A DNA stretch of 62,214 bases, filler included, from Sphacelaria rigidula (Eukaryota), in the NCBI GenBank assembly GCA_964200075.2. It is 7 parts of 7 records of this genome, joined end to end, with 100 filler letters (N's around TTAATTAATTAA, not from the genome) between each part and the next. Parts side by side here need not be neighbours in the genome. Positions count along the whole stretch, not along the records: positions 17,807 to 26,609 come from CAXNAA020010058.1; positions 26,710 to 35,511 come from CAXNAA020010059.1; positions 35,612 to 44,413 come from CAXNAA020010060.1; 4 more parts are not named here. The stretch is one strand, 5' to 3'. The notes beneath the pieces are model-generated. The model made no database searches. It was not told the DNA's origin and saw only the letters and a program-made list of their open reading frames with translations. The position numbers and the translations under genes are program-made. Below are positions 23,501 through 36,175 of this stretch, piece after piece. The stretch's first letter is position 1, and each line of letters opens with the position of its first letter.

Positions 23501-24687
23501 CGAGCTGGGCCAGCCGAGAAGCGAATTGTGGTTTGCAGGCCCATTCACCCGCCGATATTTAGAGTTGGACCCTGAAATTTAGTCAGGACAATGAATAGGG
23601 CATAATAAAGACAAATACCAGCGCACACAAGTTTTTTTTTTCAAGAGTGAAGGGCGTTTTACTGATATCTGAAAACTGGTTATTGCCCTTACCTCATGAA
23701 AAAAAATGTGTACACTGGTTGTTGTTTTTATCGTGTCCTATTCATTGTAGATACCACATTTCAGGGCCCAACCCCAAATATTGGGCAGTGAATGGGACGT
23801 TAAGTGACAAGGTCAGAAAAAATCAGAACAGTAATTTGCGGGCCGCTTACCGATTTACGTTTGGTGTTTTTGTATTGAAACCTTGTGTGAGCCGTGGCTA
23901 GGGGAAAATTGACGAGACAAAGTGGGTCAGGTTGAATTTTTTTTTCATTTTTTCACTGGTTTAGGGCGTTTTAAAATGAAAACGACCGTTTTTTAAGAGA
24001 ACATCCGAACCTCTCCCAAAAAGATGAGAGCCCATTTTTTTATTCGGCATACCTCTGTGGTTCTTCATCCTGAGTTTCAAACCACAATTCTAAATGAGCT
24101 ACCTACAATTGAGATGAGGCCCAAGAGCAGTGTTCATTTCTCCTCAAAGCTGCCCTAGAAACGGGATTTCTCTCTTTTTTTTAAACGAGAAAAATGAAAA
24201 AGCTATTTCTTTCAGCTTCATCATGCACCATCGGTTCTCCATACGAAACTTCATGGCATAGCTCTCAAAAACTGAGAGGTGATATCCACATTCAGTTCAT
24301 CTACTGCCTCTGCTCGTAATATATTGATTTTAGTATGGAAAATTATGTGCGCCTCATCTCGAGATGTATAACGAATCAGGTGAAGGTGAGGGCATCTATC
24401 GTCTCCCCGTGCTCCAGGGAATGTCCACATCAAAAATCGTCGTCACCCGCTGAATGTATCGATCGGGGTTTCATATATATTTTAGTGTGGGCGCTATCTC
24501 CGTAGGTGAAGGAATTACTAGACATGGGGTTAAACAAACGATAAAATATTGGCCCAGACTTTTGAGCAGATGGGCACCTTCTCCTTGATTAAAGATTAAT
24601 ACGATATGAGGATCATGGCCCAACTCGCCTATGTCGATGAGATATTGCTTTGAGAGCTCAAATCCGTTTCTAGGCTGGCCCAGCTCG
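23501..24687. mobile_element. Tc1/mariner-type non-autonomous element, about 1.19 kb
   Basis: TIRs CGAGCTGGGCCAGCC...GGCTGGCCCAGCTCG with TA on the right side and TT on the left. Internal hairpin at 23550-23785. Another right end is at 17807-17873. Confidence 0.82.
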
Positions 24688-25741
24688 TATGCAATTTCGC
24701 TCCTTCCAACGCTAAACGTACCAAAAGAAGTCGTATCGATATTAAAATCAAGCGCTTAGGATTTTGTACCATCCAAGCTCACTTCATCGGACAAATAGTG
24801 ATAACGCCGATTTTTGGAGTTAGGCTCTGAAAAATCGAACACGTAGTATGCTATGGAACATTACGAAATGTTTTATGCATGGGGTATTTTGATATTTTTC
24901 TCCGCGGGTGATCGGGGATCCCAGAAGGGCATGTGATTCCTCAGGATCCTGAGACTCCCGAAAACAGGCGGGGAATGAAAAAAAATCGTAACGTCTCATA
25001 CATTACAAGTTTCGTCATGTCCCATAGTATTCGTGTGCGAATTTTCAGCTTCTAACTCGTCTTGTCCCGTGGTATTTTGTGTGTGCGAAGTTCGAGCGTC
25101 TAACTCCAACCATCGGCGCGAACATGTGCGCATGAGTGATTTGGGTTATGAGCGCGAACCAGCCTGTACGTGAAGTACAATTTCTGCTTTGATTTGGTGT
25201 TCGTTGATTCTTGTCTCCAATTTTCTATTCATTGGAAAGTGGAAAAGCAATACACGTACATGAAAAGTACGTGTAACAAGTAAATACAATATCCAAGAAA
25301 CAACAAAAGTAGCCAACTAAAAAAATAGTCATGTCCTCCTGTAGTAACGCACTCTCTCTCTCTTTTTTTTCTCCTTGATCACGCATACATAATCATTTTC
25401 GCATCTTCTCGTTTTCGTCAGCGAGCGTTTCTGTTATATTAACCTTGGGTACATCTATCTTGTGACCACGCCTGTGTCCCTCGGGGATCGGTAAATGTCA
25501 ACTCTTCGGAAAACACGGCGCAAATAGCTAAGGTCGTGTTCTGTGGGGTATACCCGGAAGCGGGGGGGGAGGGGGGGGTGGCGTACTAAACCAACACCGG
25601 AATGCGTATGTAACATCCTGGTATGGTCCGACAGTATGTGAGCCCTATTGCGAACACTCTGGTACGGTCCGGAAGGGTATTTGCCGGTGGTGTACGTCCT
25701 TTACACTTCTGTAAATACCCGAGTTTATTTATCCGGTATAC

Positions 25742-25900
25742 GCCCCGATGGCCCAGTTGGTAACCTTGTAACCTTCTGACGGTTGAGCCGTGGGTTCGAA
25801 TCTCGGTGAAGTCACGCGATCCGGGTTTTGTTCTAACGCCATGTCCACCCGTGGTAGACAGCGACTATGTCGTGGGCACACAATTTCAGGCATCCTCGTG
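25742..25900 (+). mobile_element. tRNA-derived SINE, partial
   Basis: A box TGGCCCAGTTGG and B box GGTTCGAATCTC. The body is shared with 29050-29405 and 35817-36175. Confidence 0.75.
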
Positions 25901-26245
25901 AGCGAGTGAAAACAACAAACCTCTACTCGTACAAAAAATAAGGGATGTTTGTACATTCGTCACCGGAGACCTCAAGTGTGTGCCAAACCGACGCTTTTTA
26001 GACTTTGTTCTTTCCTGGGCGCGAAAAAAAAAAAAATGATATCGAAACTCGACACGTTTGGGTGCAGCATTTTTCGTTTGTATCGTCATCATTTGCCGTG
26101 ATGTTCAACGTGGTCGGACGAAAATCTTGAAAAAACGATCAAGAAAAAAATGGGACAGGGGGGGTGGGGTGGGGGGGGCAGGCGAGAAATAGGCAAGGCA
26201 CCCCACCTCCGTGCGACAGTACGACAGCTACACTTTTTCACTCAC

Positions 26246-26355
26246 GTAGTGTACCCGCAGTTCATCCCCGGCTTTGAAGGGCGCCACGTCTTGGAAGGTA
26301 CCGTACGTCACCTGGTCGCCGCTGACCGTTCGCTTATCCTCAGCGTCGCTAAGGC
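26246..26355 (-). CDS. RPN1: Ribophorin I (oligosaccharyltransferase subunit 1), single internal exon
   Basis: tag|...|gtgagt exon encoding LSDAEDKRTVSGDQVTYGTFQDVAPFKAGDELRVHY. This resembles the ribophorin I motif YGPF-DV-------VHY that precedes ENN-PF. Confidence 0.7.
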
Positions 26356-26564
26356 CTAGTATCTAAGGTCGACGATAATGACACCGAAACAGTATACGGC
26401 AAAACATCGTAAGCATGCAGGTGAGCGCACGGGGAGGGGGGCGGGGACGTACTCATTTGTTGGTTGCTTCAGTCATCTGACAATTGACCAGGCATTCCTT
26501 TAAGGACGGGGGGTGGGTGGGTGGGGGGGGGGGGGGCGTACTTATTTGTTGCTTGCAATGGTCA

Positions 26565-26586
26565 AACCTAACCCTAACCCTAACCC
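26565..26586. repeat. Short (CCCTAA)n telomere-type repeat
   Basis: ACCTAACCCTAACCCTAACCC near a contig end. Confidence 0.6.
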
Positions 26587-27062
26587 ATAGACGGGGGGGG
26601 GGGGGGGGGNNNNNNNNNNNNNNNNNNNNNNNNNNNNNNNNNNNNNNNNNNNNTTAATTAATTAANNNNNNNNNNNNNNNNNNNNNNNNNNNNNNNNNNN
26701 NNNNNNNNNTCCAATCATGGCGCCCACACTTCCGACTCTTTTCCCGCCCATTTGCCGTTCACGGACGCCACAACGACCACGCCTCTTTCCCCCCGGAAAT
26801 GGTTCCCGAGTCTCTCCGCTATTACTGTTCTGTCCCTATCTCTCTATGCGTGACGACCAGTAGTGTATCCGCTGCTTGAACCGCAACCATCGATGATGCG
26901 ACAACCGCCTGTTGGTGGCGGAAGAGCCTAGCTTGACCCTGACACCGGCCCCGAGATCGCAAAAGTACAAAAGTGTTCCACAACCCACCGGATCACAAAA
27001 GACCGACGCGCTGTAAGTTGTGAGTCCACTTATTGTGTCCACAGACGTGATGGGTGCGTTAA

Positions 27063-27160
27063 CCCTTAGACTTCAAGGGTAGTTCATCTGGACCATGCAT
27101 GCTTTTTTCAAGTGAAGTTGATGCCGATTCAACAGATGACCTTTTCTCGTCATCTAAGGG
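27063..27160. mobile_element. piggyBac-type MITE, 98 bp
   Basis: TTAA-CCCTTAGA...TCTAAGGG-TTAA: TTAA target duplication with CCC/GGG termini. Confidence 0.85.
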
Positions 27161-27464
27161 TTAACCGTCGAGCTACAAATGTTCATGGTTGGTATTACTT
27201 GATATGAGTGTGAACACCAAGAATCGGATCTTTAGTAGGGCTGACAGTCTGGTGTGCTCCTCGCATGCGTAAAACGCGTTTTACAGGGCGACCTCGTCTC
27301 GAGAACAAAAAAGAAGCAACGCTGCGTCGGCAAATGCGTTTCGGCGTCTATTCCCACCAGTATTGTGCACTAATACTCACGAACTGACGCTATTTCGAAG
27401 GGAGGCAGAAATTTTATCAGAATATCTCCCGCTCTGTCGGCATCGGCTCTGGGCATGTCGTTAG

Positions 27465-28732
27465 GTACTGGGCTATTGCTATCCCGAGTGCCATTTTTGT
27501 GACGGCGACGGTGGCCGTGCTGGTGTACATAGCCGTCAACTTCATGAGCACCGCTCCCCTGGACTCGTTCGACACAATCACAGGTGGGAGAGGTGGTATA
27601 AGTCATCAGGGGGCTTTTAAGCAAATTTGTCAACACAAAGTACCCCTACGTTTCATCGTACTCAGCAACACACATTTTCCTCGCATGACCTTAACGATAC
27701 CAATGCACGACGTTGCTCAATATTTGTACAGAGGCAAGCTGACGCGGATGGAGTCACCAAGTCATGTAGGTTGAGGTCGAGTACTTTGCTTGCGTTCGTC
27801 AGTTCGTTTCGCGATCCACATCGTAGAGAGTGGAGCTCGACGCCTTGTCTATCTCGCAGAAGGAACCCGACCCGTCCGCTCGCCGCGTGAGGCACCCACT
27901 CCCTCCTTGCTTAGATCGGTCGTAACATGGTCAGGATTTACTGCTCTTTTCCGATTTGAGCACGTGCTAGAACATTCTCAATTTTTAACGAAGTCCTAGC
28001 TGAGCAGAAACCATTTACATGTGCTGGGGCATGCGTGCGTCATTCCCACATGTCGTAGAACCTCGCTTGGCCGAAGCGATTGCACCTGGCCGCAACGCCG
28101 TCTCTTTTCACTACTTTGTCATTCACCAACGATGCTAATACCTGTGTGGCGCGGGGGGGGGCACGGCCTCGTTGACTGGCCTTTTACACGTCAGGTTGCG
28201 TGTGTACACGTCTGACAAGCATGAAGACGCACTCATTCTCATACAGGGCCGAACGTTACCCTGTGTTAATGGTGTAGAGTATTGGCTTGGCATGCATACT
28301 CATGGCCAACCCTCGGCTTGTCTATCCCTTCTGTGGTGCGTAATTGTCATTCGTGGGCGCAACACATGATGACAACAATAAGCAGACATGCATGCGAAGG
28401 CGGTAGTGGACCGATCTTCCGTGTGGGAAGACGATGGCGAGTCGCCTGACAGCACAAGCCGCGTGCCTAACATCGGCGATATAGACATGTCGACTGTCAA
28501 CAGGCTGCTTTACCAGGACCACCCCTCCCCGACTCTGCCATGGTCATCTCGAGACCTGCAGCAACAGCCGCGGCGACGGGGCCGGAGGATGCAGGGGACG
28601 CCCATGACGACGTACCATAGCGAGAACGCCGGCGACTATCGCGGACAGCGAATACGTCGTCGAGCCGGAGGAGGCGGGGGCGGGATTGCGGATGGTGGCG
28701 GGGGTGCGGATTACACGACGGGCAGTACGTAA
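27465..28732 (+). CDS. PIGP: GPI-GlcNAc transferase subunit PIG-P, last two exons
   Basis: Exon 27465-27583 (YWAIAIPSAIFVTATVAVLVYIAVNFMSTAPLDSFDTIT) splices in phase 1 to 28386-28732 (DMHAK...VPNIGDIDMSTVNRLLY...stop). The YWA-A-P, N---T-PLDS--TITD and P-I-DI----VN--LY motifs are characteristic of PIG-P. Confidence 0.88.
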
Positions 28733-29049
28733 TGAGGTCATCCGTAATAAGGCTCGAGTCCAATTGATACACAGTACGGCCAGATGTGGTTAAAATGCAT
28801 GGCATTCCGTAGCAACTGATGAGCATATTGCATTTGGCTTGGGTGTAAGAAGAGAGATTCCTAGCGTCTGAAGTTGTACGAGTGCTATGCGGAATACTAC
28901 GTACGGTAGCTACATTACCTCCACTCTCGTGCAGTGGCTGTGTGGGTGGAACCAACGGTCGTGCTGTCAGCGGGTGGTTTTGAGACGGTTCGCGTAGAAC
29001 ATCCTGGTGCGAGAAAGAAGTAGTCTCTCGATTTTCCGAATGTCTACAG

Positions 29050-29405
29050 GCCGGTCGCCCCGGTGGCTCAATTGGTAACTTCGAAACCTTCTGACGGTTG
29101 GGTCGTGGGTTCGAATCTCGGTGCAGTCACACGATCTGGGATTTTTCTCACCATGCCCAAAAATGGAGAGCGATGATGTCGCGGGTACACAAAAAAACGA
29201 CTTCACGGTTGACGAGGGAAAGGGACCGCTGAACCCCTTTCGCGATAAAAAGTAAGGCAAGCACCACACAAGGAAGATGGAGTACCTAAAAAAAAACTGC
29301 ATCAGCCTTTCTCCTGTGAGACCCCGGCTGATGCGCCCACGTACACCAAAAAGGTGTAGACTGGCGTCCAGGATAGATGGGACGATAACACACACTACAC
29401 TACAC
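29050..29405 (+). mobile_element. tRNA-derived SINE, about 350 bp
   Basis: GGCCGGTCGCCCCGGTGGCTCAATTGG (A box) and GGTTCGAATCTC (B box), conserved body and a CA-rich 3' end. Confidence 0.85.
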
Positions 29406-30225
29406 AGAAAAAGTTGACCACGACGGCTTTTCCTTCCCGATTGACGAACAAGAATGATCGCTGAAGACCGCAATATTCTCATCTTCACAAAGCGGGGCGT
29501 ATATCACGAGCAGAGTGACCTAGCACCTATCGACTGGTTCATGCTTATCGACCTAAAAACACTCATCCACGAAACTTCATGCCGTTCTCAGGCGCTAGAC
29601 CCTGAATTTTAACAGAATGATATGGATCATTACGCAACCTTCGAATGTAAAGATTTATTTACGTTTTGACTTTTTGCACCGTTCTAGAGGGGTCCCAGGG
29701 TTTTGGGGAAACTTACATGCCGCCGGATCCCCAAAAACAGAAAGAAAAAAAAAACTCACGAATTAAAAAAAACTCGTCGATAGAAAGTTGCGTGATGACC
29801 CATAGCACGTTTGTGCATAGTTTCAGGGTCGAACTCCAAAAAACGGCGTAAAGTTTTGCGCGTCTGTTGCGATGACGTGAGCTTGAAACGTGCGAACTCC
29901 CAGCTACTTGGGTTTAGTATGAAAACGTATTTTTTTAGTGTCTAGAATAGAACGTCAAGGCGAGAAACATTGTTATGCCCGTAAATGAAAGCCCTTGCGA
30001 CCAGGAATTCGTGGGAAAAAAACAATAAAAAGAAACGCGGAGGAAACATGAAGGAGTCATGAACTGTTGGGACATGTGCCGCACCTCTGCTGAACAGAAC
30101 ACACGCTCCATTCCAAGCTACCTAGGTTCAGTATGTGACAGCTGTGATTTTTTCTTCGCCTCGTTCTCGACACAGAAAGCAAACCGGTCTGTGGCACTTC
30201 ACAGCCCCCCGCGCACACACGAGCC

Positions 30226-30378
30226 CTAGTGACCGAAGGGGCGGATTTTCTCAAGTCGCCACAGTGGACCCGAAAAGTCCCAGATGTTGAAGAAAACGCG
30301 TTTTCAAATATATTTGGGCGGTTTGCAGAGTGCAGCGGCCTCTGCGGCACGCGTTCCGGAAATCCGCCCCGTCACTAG
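30226..30378. mobile_element. About 150-bp MITE
   Basis: CTAGTGAC..GGGGCGGATTT mirrors AAATCCGCCCC.GTCACTAG. Confidence 0.65.
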
Positions 30379-30785
30379 TTTTGGTGTGGGAAGCGCACGC
30401 ATCAAACCTCAGTTTGATCCTCAGCTTGGTTGCCGACTTAGCCTCGTTGAAAGATAAGCACAGCAACATGCTGCAACAAGAGGGGCACAACTACAACACG
30501 AGCGGCAGCTTCTATCCTCCTGTTGTTGTAACCCTGTGTCCAGGTGTACAGCAACGTCAGTCACAGGTTTGTGGTACATTTTGTATGAGCGTGATCGTCA
30601 TTTCGAGTGACGCGTGTACTTGTTATTGATACTGATTGGCTCATTTACGTTTCATTTATTCTGCATTCAACTGACTATGTAGTTATTCGCTCCATCTTCC
30701 CCATATAGTGCCCAAAATCGGGCCCCATTCACGGGCGTAACTGTGTGAGATTTTTGAGTTTCTCCACCATTTTTTTTTACATGTA

Positions 30786-31085
30786 ACAACGTTTCCGTGA
30801 GATCGAGAGTAGAGTGCTGATTGAGAGTGGCTTCGATCATTCGCTTCAACTTAACCAATTTTTCATTCCGTGTGTGTTTTTCTTTGCTTCCATCGCTGGG
30901 CTGTGCTTACAGCTACACAACGATATCAAAATCGGGGATATCAAGGGCCTCAGTGGCAAGCTACTACAGAAAGCATATCGGGCCTCGTGGAGGGGCATTT
31001 CGGAACCGAAATCATTCATTCACTAATTGACCACTTTTCACTCTCAATCGCATCCTCTACTCTCAATCTCACGAAAATATTGTTT
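30786..31085. repeat. Dispersed about 300-bp repeat, direct second copy at 32828-33125 in an oxygenase intron
   Basis: Near-colinear sequences. The ORF track gives near-identical peptides (RVASIIRFNLTNFSFRV versus RVALIISFNLTKFSFRV). Confidence 0.8.
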
Positions 31086-32063
31086 TGTGTTCCTTGGACT
31101 ACCCCGGGACGCATCTTTTTTTTTATTTTAAGCATTCCGTACCGCCTTCCGGGGGGTCTTTATACTGGGACCTCCGGAAGCCGGTAGAACGGAGAAATTT
31201 TGACACGTTGTCAAGGACAAAAAATTCCATTCGAAGCATCAATACCTAGGGAACTACCAAGTTTAAGGGCAATCTGAACTTTTTTACAACAGATATAAGG
31301 GACACCGTCACGAGACTTCCTGGGTCTTTCGTGCGTATCATTAGTGGATATTACACGACGCCAAAACCCCACATCACCGAAACATGACGGTTTCGGGTAT
31401 AATTCGACCCCGTTGTAACCGTTCTCGAATCTGTCTCTTACGTTATATTCCCGAGCTGATGGCGGTTACCACGGTTTGAAGCATGTGGAGATTGGATGAA
31501 AATCGGGCTCGAAATTCGTATTTTTGTATTTCAGAGCAATCTGTAGGGCCCTGGTTGGTCCAGGTATACCATATTTACTATATGTTCGCCCTTCGCGCCA
31601 CCACAATGACCTTCAACACAAATCCGGTCATGTCACTCTCTACAGCTGTCCATGGCGATCAGGATGCCATCATGTATGCGACTATTGGGTAGGTATTGCG
31701 GAAGGCATTTGTTGATGACACCATTTGGGCTAAAAAGCGTGAACCAGCCTGTACGATGGGTGCGTTTCCCGACCACGGCGTTCCCAATGGATTTGAAGTG
31801 TTCAGCATCGCCCACGTGGGCCGAAATGAAGCGTGAACACACCAGTAGCTCACTGCCTTCACACATTTTTTCAAGCTGCATACATTTTTTTTCAACCTAC
31901 AAGCCAACAAACGATACAATTTAACTCTCGGTCTCAGCACATCGTTGGAAATCTTGGTTTTTAGCACCGTACTGCGCTGCAGCCATGCGCGCACGGCCAT
32001 GCTACACAGTAGACCCGGGAGCGCTGGCCAGCACTCATGGTGCATTGTAACCGAAATAGAGAA

Positions 32064-34912
32064 TTAGCTAGCGGCAAGATTGATAGCCCGTAGCTCCTCC
32101 TGGACCATATCCCCCGCCGATATCGGCGGATATTTTGCCAAAGTCTCCTCGGTAGCAAACGTCCCCAGCGGGCGGAGCACCTGTCGAGATGTTTGTCGCA
32201 CATGTTTCACCATGATAATCAATATACATGTGACGATCCCATCGACAACCGCCAACTCTCTGAGGAACTTTCTCTGGCACTGAGTTGTTACCAGTCTTTG
32301 AGATCCCCGCATCGCAGCGTCCGCATGTTGGCCCGCGCACGTCAAACAGGTATAATAGCACATCGTTCCCAAAACATCATGTGGCATTTCTCAAGAAGCA
32401 GAAGAAACATTCCAACGTGAGACAGATGAGCCACGTTGAGAAATTCCAGAAGTATTGCCGGAAAAAATCACGTTGCAATCACAAGAAACGCGAAGGTTCT
32501 ATTCCAACATGTATGATATCAACGACAGCGAGGGGCGTATGATGAGCACAGGCGCACAGGATAACGCGGACGGACCTTGTCAGATGCCACGTGCCCGAAG
32601 CAAGTCGAAGAGATCCTCCAGAGGGACAACCCGGCTTCTCGTTTTTTCCGTATAGTCTCCAAAGTTGCCTCCGACACGGCCACCTACTCCGTCACGATTG
32701 GAAACACCGATTTTGCACGTGGAGGTGATATTCACGGGGGATGAGTCACGATCGTATTGCCGAGGGACCCGCGGGGCGGATGGCAGACTGTCGTGCATGG
32801 GAAATGACGCATGGACCTCCACTACCAACAACATTTCCGTGGGATAGAGAGTAGGACGCTGAATGAGAGTGGCTTTGATTATTAGCTTTAACTTGACCAA
32901 ATTTTCATTCCGTGTGCTGTTCTTTGCCTCCATCACTGGCGTGTGCTTACAGCTACACGTCGATATCCTACTCAGGGATATCAAGGGCCTCAGTGGCAAG
33001 CTACAACAGAAAGCATATTGGGCCTCGTGGAGGGACATTTCGGAACTGAAACGATTCATCTACTAATTGACCGCTCTTCACTCTCAATCGTATCCTCTAA
33101 TCTCAATTTCACGAAAATACTGTTTACCCAAGTAGAGCAGAAACGTCTTCGGTCTTTTTACCCAAGCTCGCCGTCTTGGTTTATGCAGTTTCAGCTCCTT
33201 CATCTCAGTACCGAGCCATGTACTACAGCACGTCTTACGGAGTAACATTTAGGCTGGTGCTTGCATGCGTCGCGAGCAACATAAGGAAAATACGTGAAAA
33301 ATACCCAGCAGAACCAGTCGGCCAGTAGTCATCTGCAAAACGTCCGCCCACCTCGTGGAAGCCGGCGAGAACGTGCCCTCCGGTGAGCCGCTCCAGCTGT
33401 TTTCCCGCCTGTACCAGCAGGCACCCATCCGGAACCGAGACTGCTCGCCGCCTACTTGGAGTAATGTCAAATTGCGTGCGGGCAACAAGCGAATTTTTCC
33501 TATCCTCTCAGGAATTAAACGGTGGTGACCGTGGAGCGGTGAACTAAAACAAAGTAGGTTTTGTTTCCAACACTGGGTACGTCGACTCTCTCGCTACACG
33601 GACGGAATTGATCTCACAACTCGGCGCCACACGACCTTTGTATCATGAATACGCCACCCCCGGCACCAACAGCAGCAGCAACAGGAGTAATCGATCTATG
33701 CTTATGGTCGGGGAATACCCCCGGCGGAAAAACACACTGCGGTCAAGATATATGAAACACTATACTTCGCAGGAGCCGTACCTGCCGTCTCGGAGCCAAA
33801 TGGAAAGCCCCGGAAATCGACTCTTCCCGTGGATGGTGAGAAGATTCAAGTCGTAGTGAAATCCAGCGAGAACCTTTCCTAATGAGCCGTACTTGCCGAA
33901 ATCCGATCCTGGCACGTGTTTGTACGTGTGCGTGTATATGAAAAATCGGCGAAACACGCGAGACGGGGGCGATCATGACGGCATGTTCGATTTCTTCGCA
34001 GGGCGTAGCCGTGGGTGCCTCGTTGCCCCTGAAAAAAATACTTTGAATTAAAAATGAGCAGTGCAAGCGGCCTATTTTCTCGTTCTCTCTCTCGCGCGCG
34101 CTCTCTAGCCGGTCGGCTGTTTCGTTCTGAACATTTCACCTGTAGGCGCCAACAGATGGGGACCCTCATGCATGAGGGACGTTAACGCATCTGCCTCCAG
34201 ACCCAGGCCAGTAGCGCACAGGCGGGCAACCACCTCCAGAGCGCCTATCATCTTGAGAGTATGACATGGCAAAGCAATAATACCCGCGAGAGTAAAGAGA
34301 TTTGCGGTTTACAGTACAGTATATAAAACCACCTGTTTCAAGTGTGCACGAGGACGCGTCGTTCGGGGACGAACGGGCAGGATAAGGAAAGCGGGAAGCA
34401 CGAGCGACGACTCCTCATCGTCACTCTGAACATGACAAGCAACCTCCGTTATTCGAGTAGATATAGTGCATGGTTTGTATCGTATCTCTATCTCCCTCTC
34501 CTTCTTTCGCGTCCGTCCACACAGGGTTAGTGCGCATCCACCTGGCGGCGTTGCGTAGCACTCACCACGTTCGATCGTTGGTACTGCACTCTTACGCATG
34601 TGGCACACCCACGCGAAGCCTGGAGATGCGCCGGTCCTGGACCCTGCTTACTCCTGGGGACAACCACACTGATTTCATACGCACACGCACTTCGTGTGCC
34701 GTCTGTCCCTGGCAGGCTAACTTGCACCGGCCATATCTTTGTCCGACGCTAGTGGTAGACAGTTCTTGATCTATCCAATTATAATTACATTACCATTTGT
34801 TTCCCACCTTGTTCCCCCAAGTGTCCATCACATCACTCCATCCTTCGAACCCTTCCGGCACTACGGGAGGGGCGTTTAGCTGCTGAAACGTTGTTTTGGC
34901 CGGCCGCGGGCC
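32064..34912 (-). CDS. 2-oxoglutarate/Fe(II)-dependent oxygenase (isopenicillin N synthase-like fold), C-terminal six exons
   Basis: Phase-consistent GT-AG exons 34912-34808, 34251-34140, 33908-33782, 33451-33352, 32683-32576 and 32180-32064 (TAA). Translation: GPRPAKTTFQQLNAPPVVPEGFEGWSDVMDTWGNK-MIGALEVVA...GPHLLAPTGSDFGKYG...AGFHYDLNLLTIHGKSRFPGLSIWLRDG...VPDGCLLVQAGKQLERLTGGHVLAGFHEV...LWRISSTCFGH...EELRAINLAAS*. The HxD...H iron triad and RxS motif are intact. Confidence 0.92.
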
Positions 34913-35816
34913 CTGCGCAACTCGGCGAAATGATTACGAACAGGGAGAATGCAGAAAGTAGTTGCAGGTTGTGTTCGGGTACACGCGGGATAGACATTGC
35001 GCGGCTAGCAGCCCGTGGCGGTTAAGCTTAACCCCTGAAACGCCCAGAGCGTCATATCATATCTTGAATCGGTGTCATGCCTACTTAATCTCTGACTGTC
35101 AAACACGAATTCGTCCCATCGTTGACACAACGTCCATACACGAGGATAAATTATTGTAGTGAAATGTGAAATTCAACCAATCAGAGGCCCTTCAGTGAGG
35201 AATCGGCGGAATCTAGCGCCAATGAAATGCGACCTTCGTAGTGAATTGTGTAGTGAAAATTACTTGTGATTGGCTCGCACGCTCGAGTCACACCTGTAGT
35301 GTACGCCGAGATGGATAGAACAGCAGCAGAGAAACGGAGCTGCAAGCAGACGAGCAGACAGCGAATGGTACACTGCCGCCGCAGTGGGTCATGGAGATGA
35401 TTGTGTATCAGTATATTCCCAACTTAGTATGGCTGGTTGTGTCTTTCCGTGGCCGCGGGCGCTGGCGCCGATGCCAGCAGCAGCAGCCGTCATGCTGACG
35501 GGTGCAAGCAANNNNNNNNNNNNNNNNNNNNNNNNNNNNNNNNNNNNNNNNNNNNTTAATTAATTAANNNNNNNNNNNNNNNNNNNNNNNNNNNNNNNNN
35601 NNNNNNNNNNNTTGGTGACATTGGCTAGAACGAACCCAAGCGTGGGAATTCCCAGCTTCTCCTTGTGCTCGACTTTTCGATTTCGATTTATGTGAGGATT
35701 TCGCCTCCCAAAACCATGCGCTATCTTTGGGGGGGGGCTATCGTAGGAAGTGTCTGGTATGCGTAGGTATGGTAGATATGACATTTCAAAATACCGAAGT
35801 GGGCGGGTACGGAAAG

Positions 35817-36175
35817 CCGGTCGCCCCGGTGGCTCAGTTGGTAACCTCGGAACCTTCTCGTGGTTGAGTTGTGGGGTTCGGTTCCCGGAGCGATCTGGGA
35901 TTCTTTCTTATACCAGGCTCAACAGTGGAGAGCGACTATGTCGTGGGTACACAAAATTCGACTTGACGGTCGACGAGGGGAAGGGACTGCTGAACTCCTC
36001 TCGCGATGAAAAATAAAAGGCAAGCACCGCAGAGGGAAGGTGGGGTGCTAAAAAATTATAAATAAAAAGCTCCTCTGTTGACCTTTTTCCTGTGACCCCG
36101 GCTGATGCGCCAACATATCCCGAAAGGGGTAGACTAGCGCCCAGAATAAATGGGACGACAACACACAACATACAC
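35817..36175 (+). mobile_element. tRNA-derived SINE inserted in the 77-bp tandem repeat
   Basis: Same head and body as 29050-29405. It interrupts the satellite unit between ...GGGCGGGTACGG and ACGGTAGGTATTG. Confidence 0.82.
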
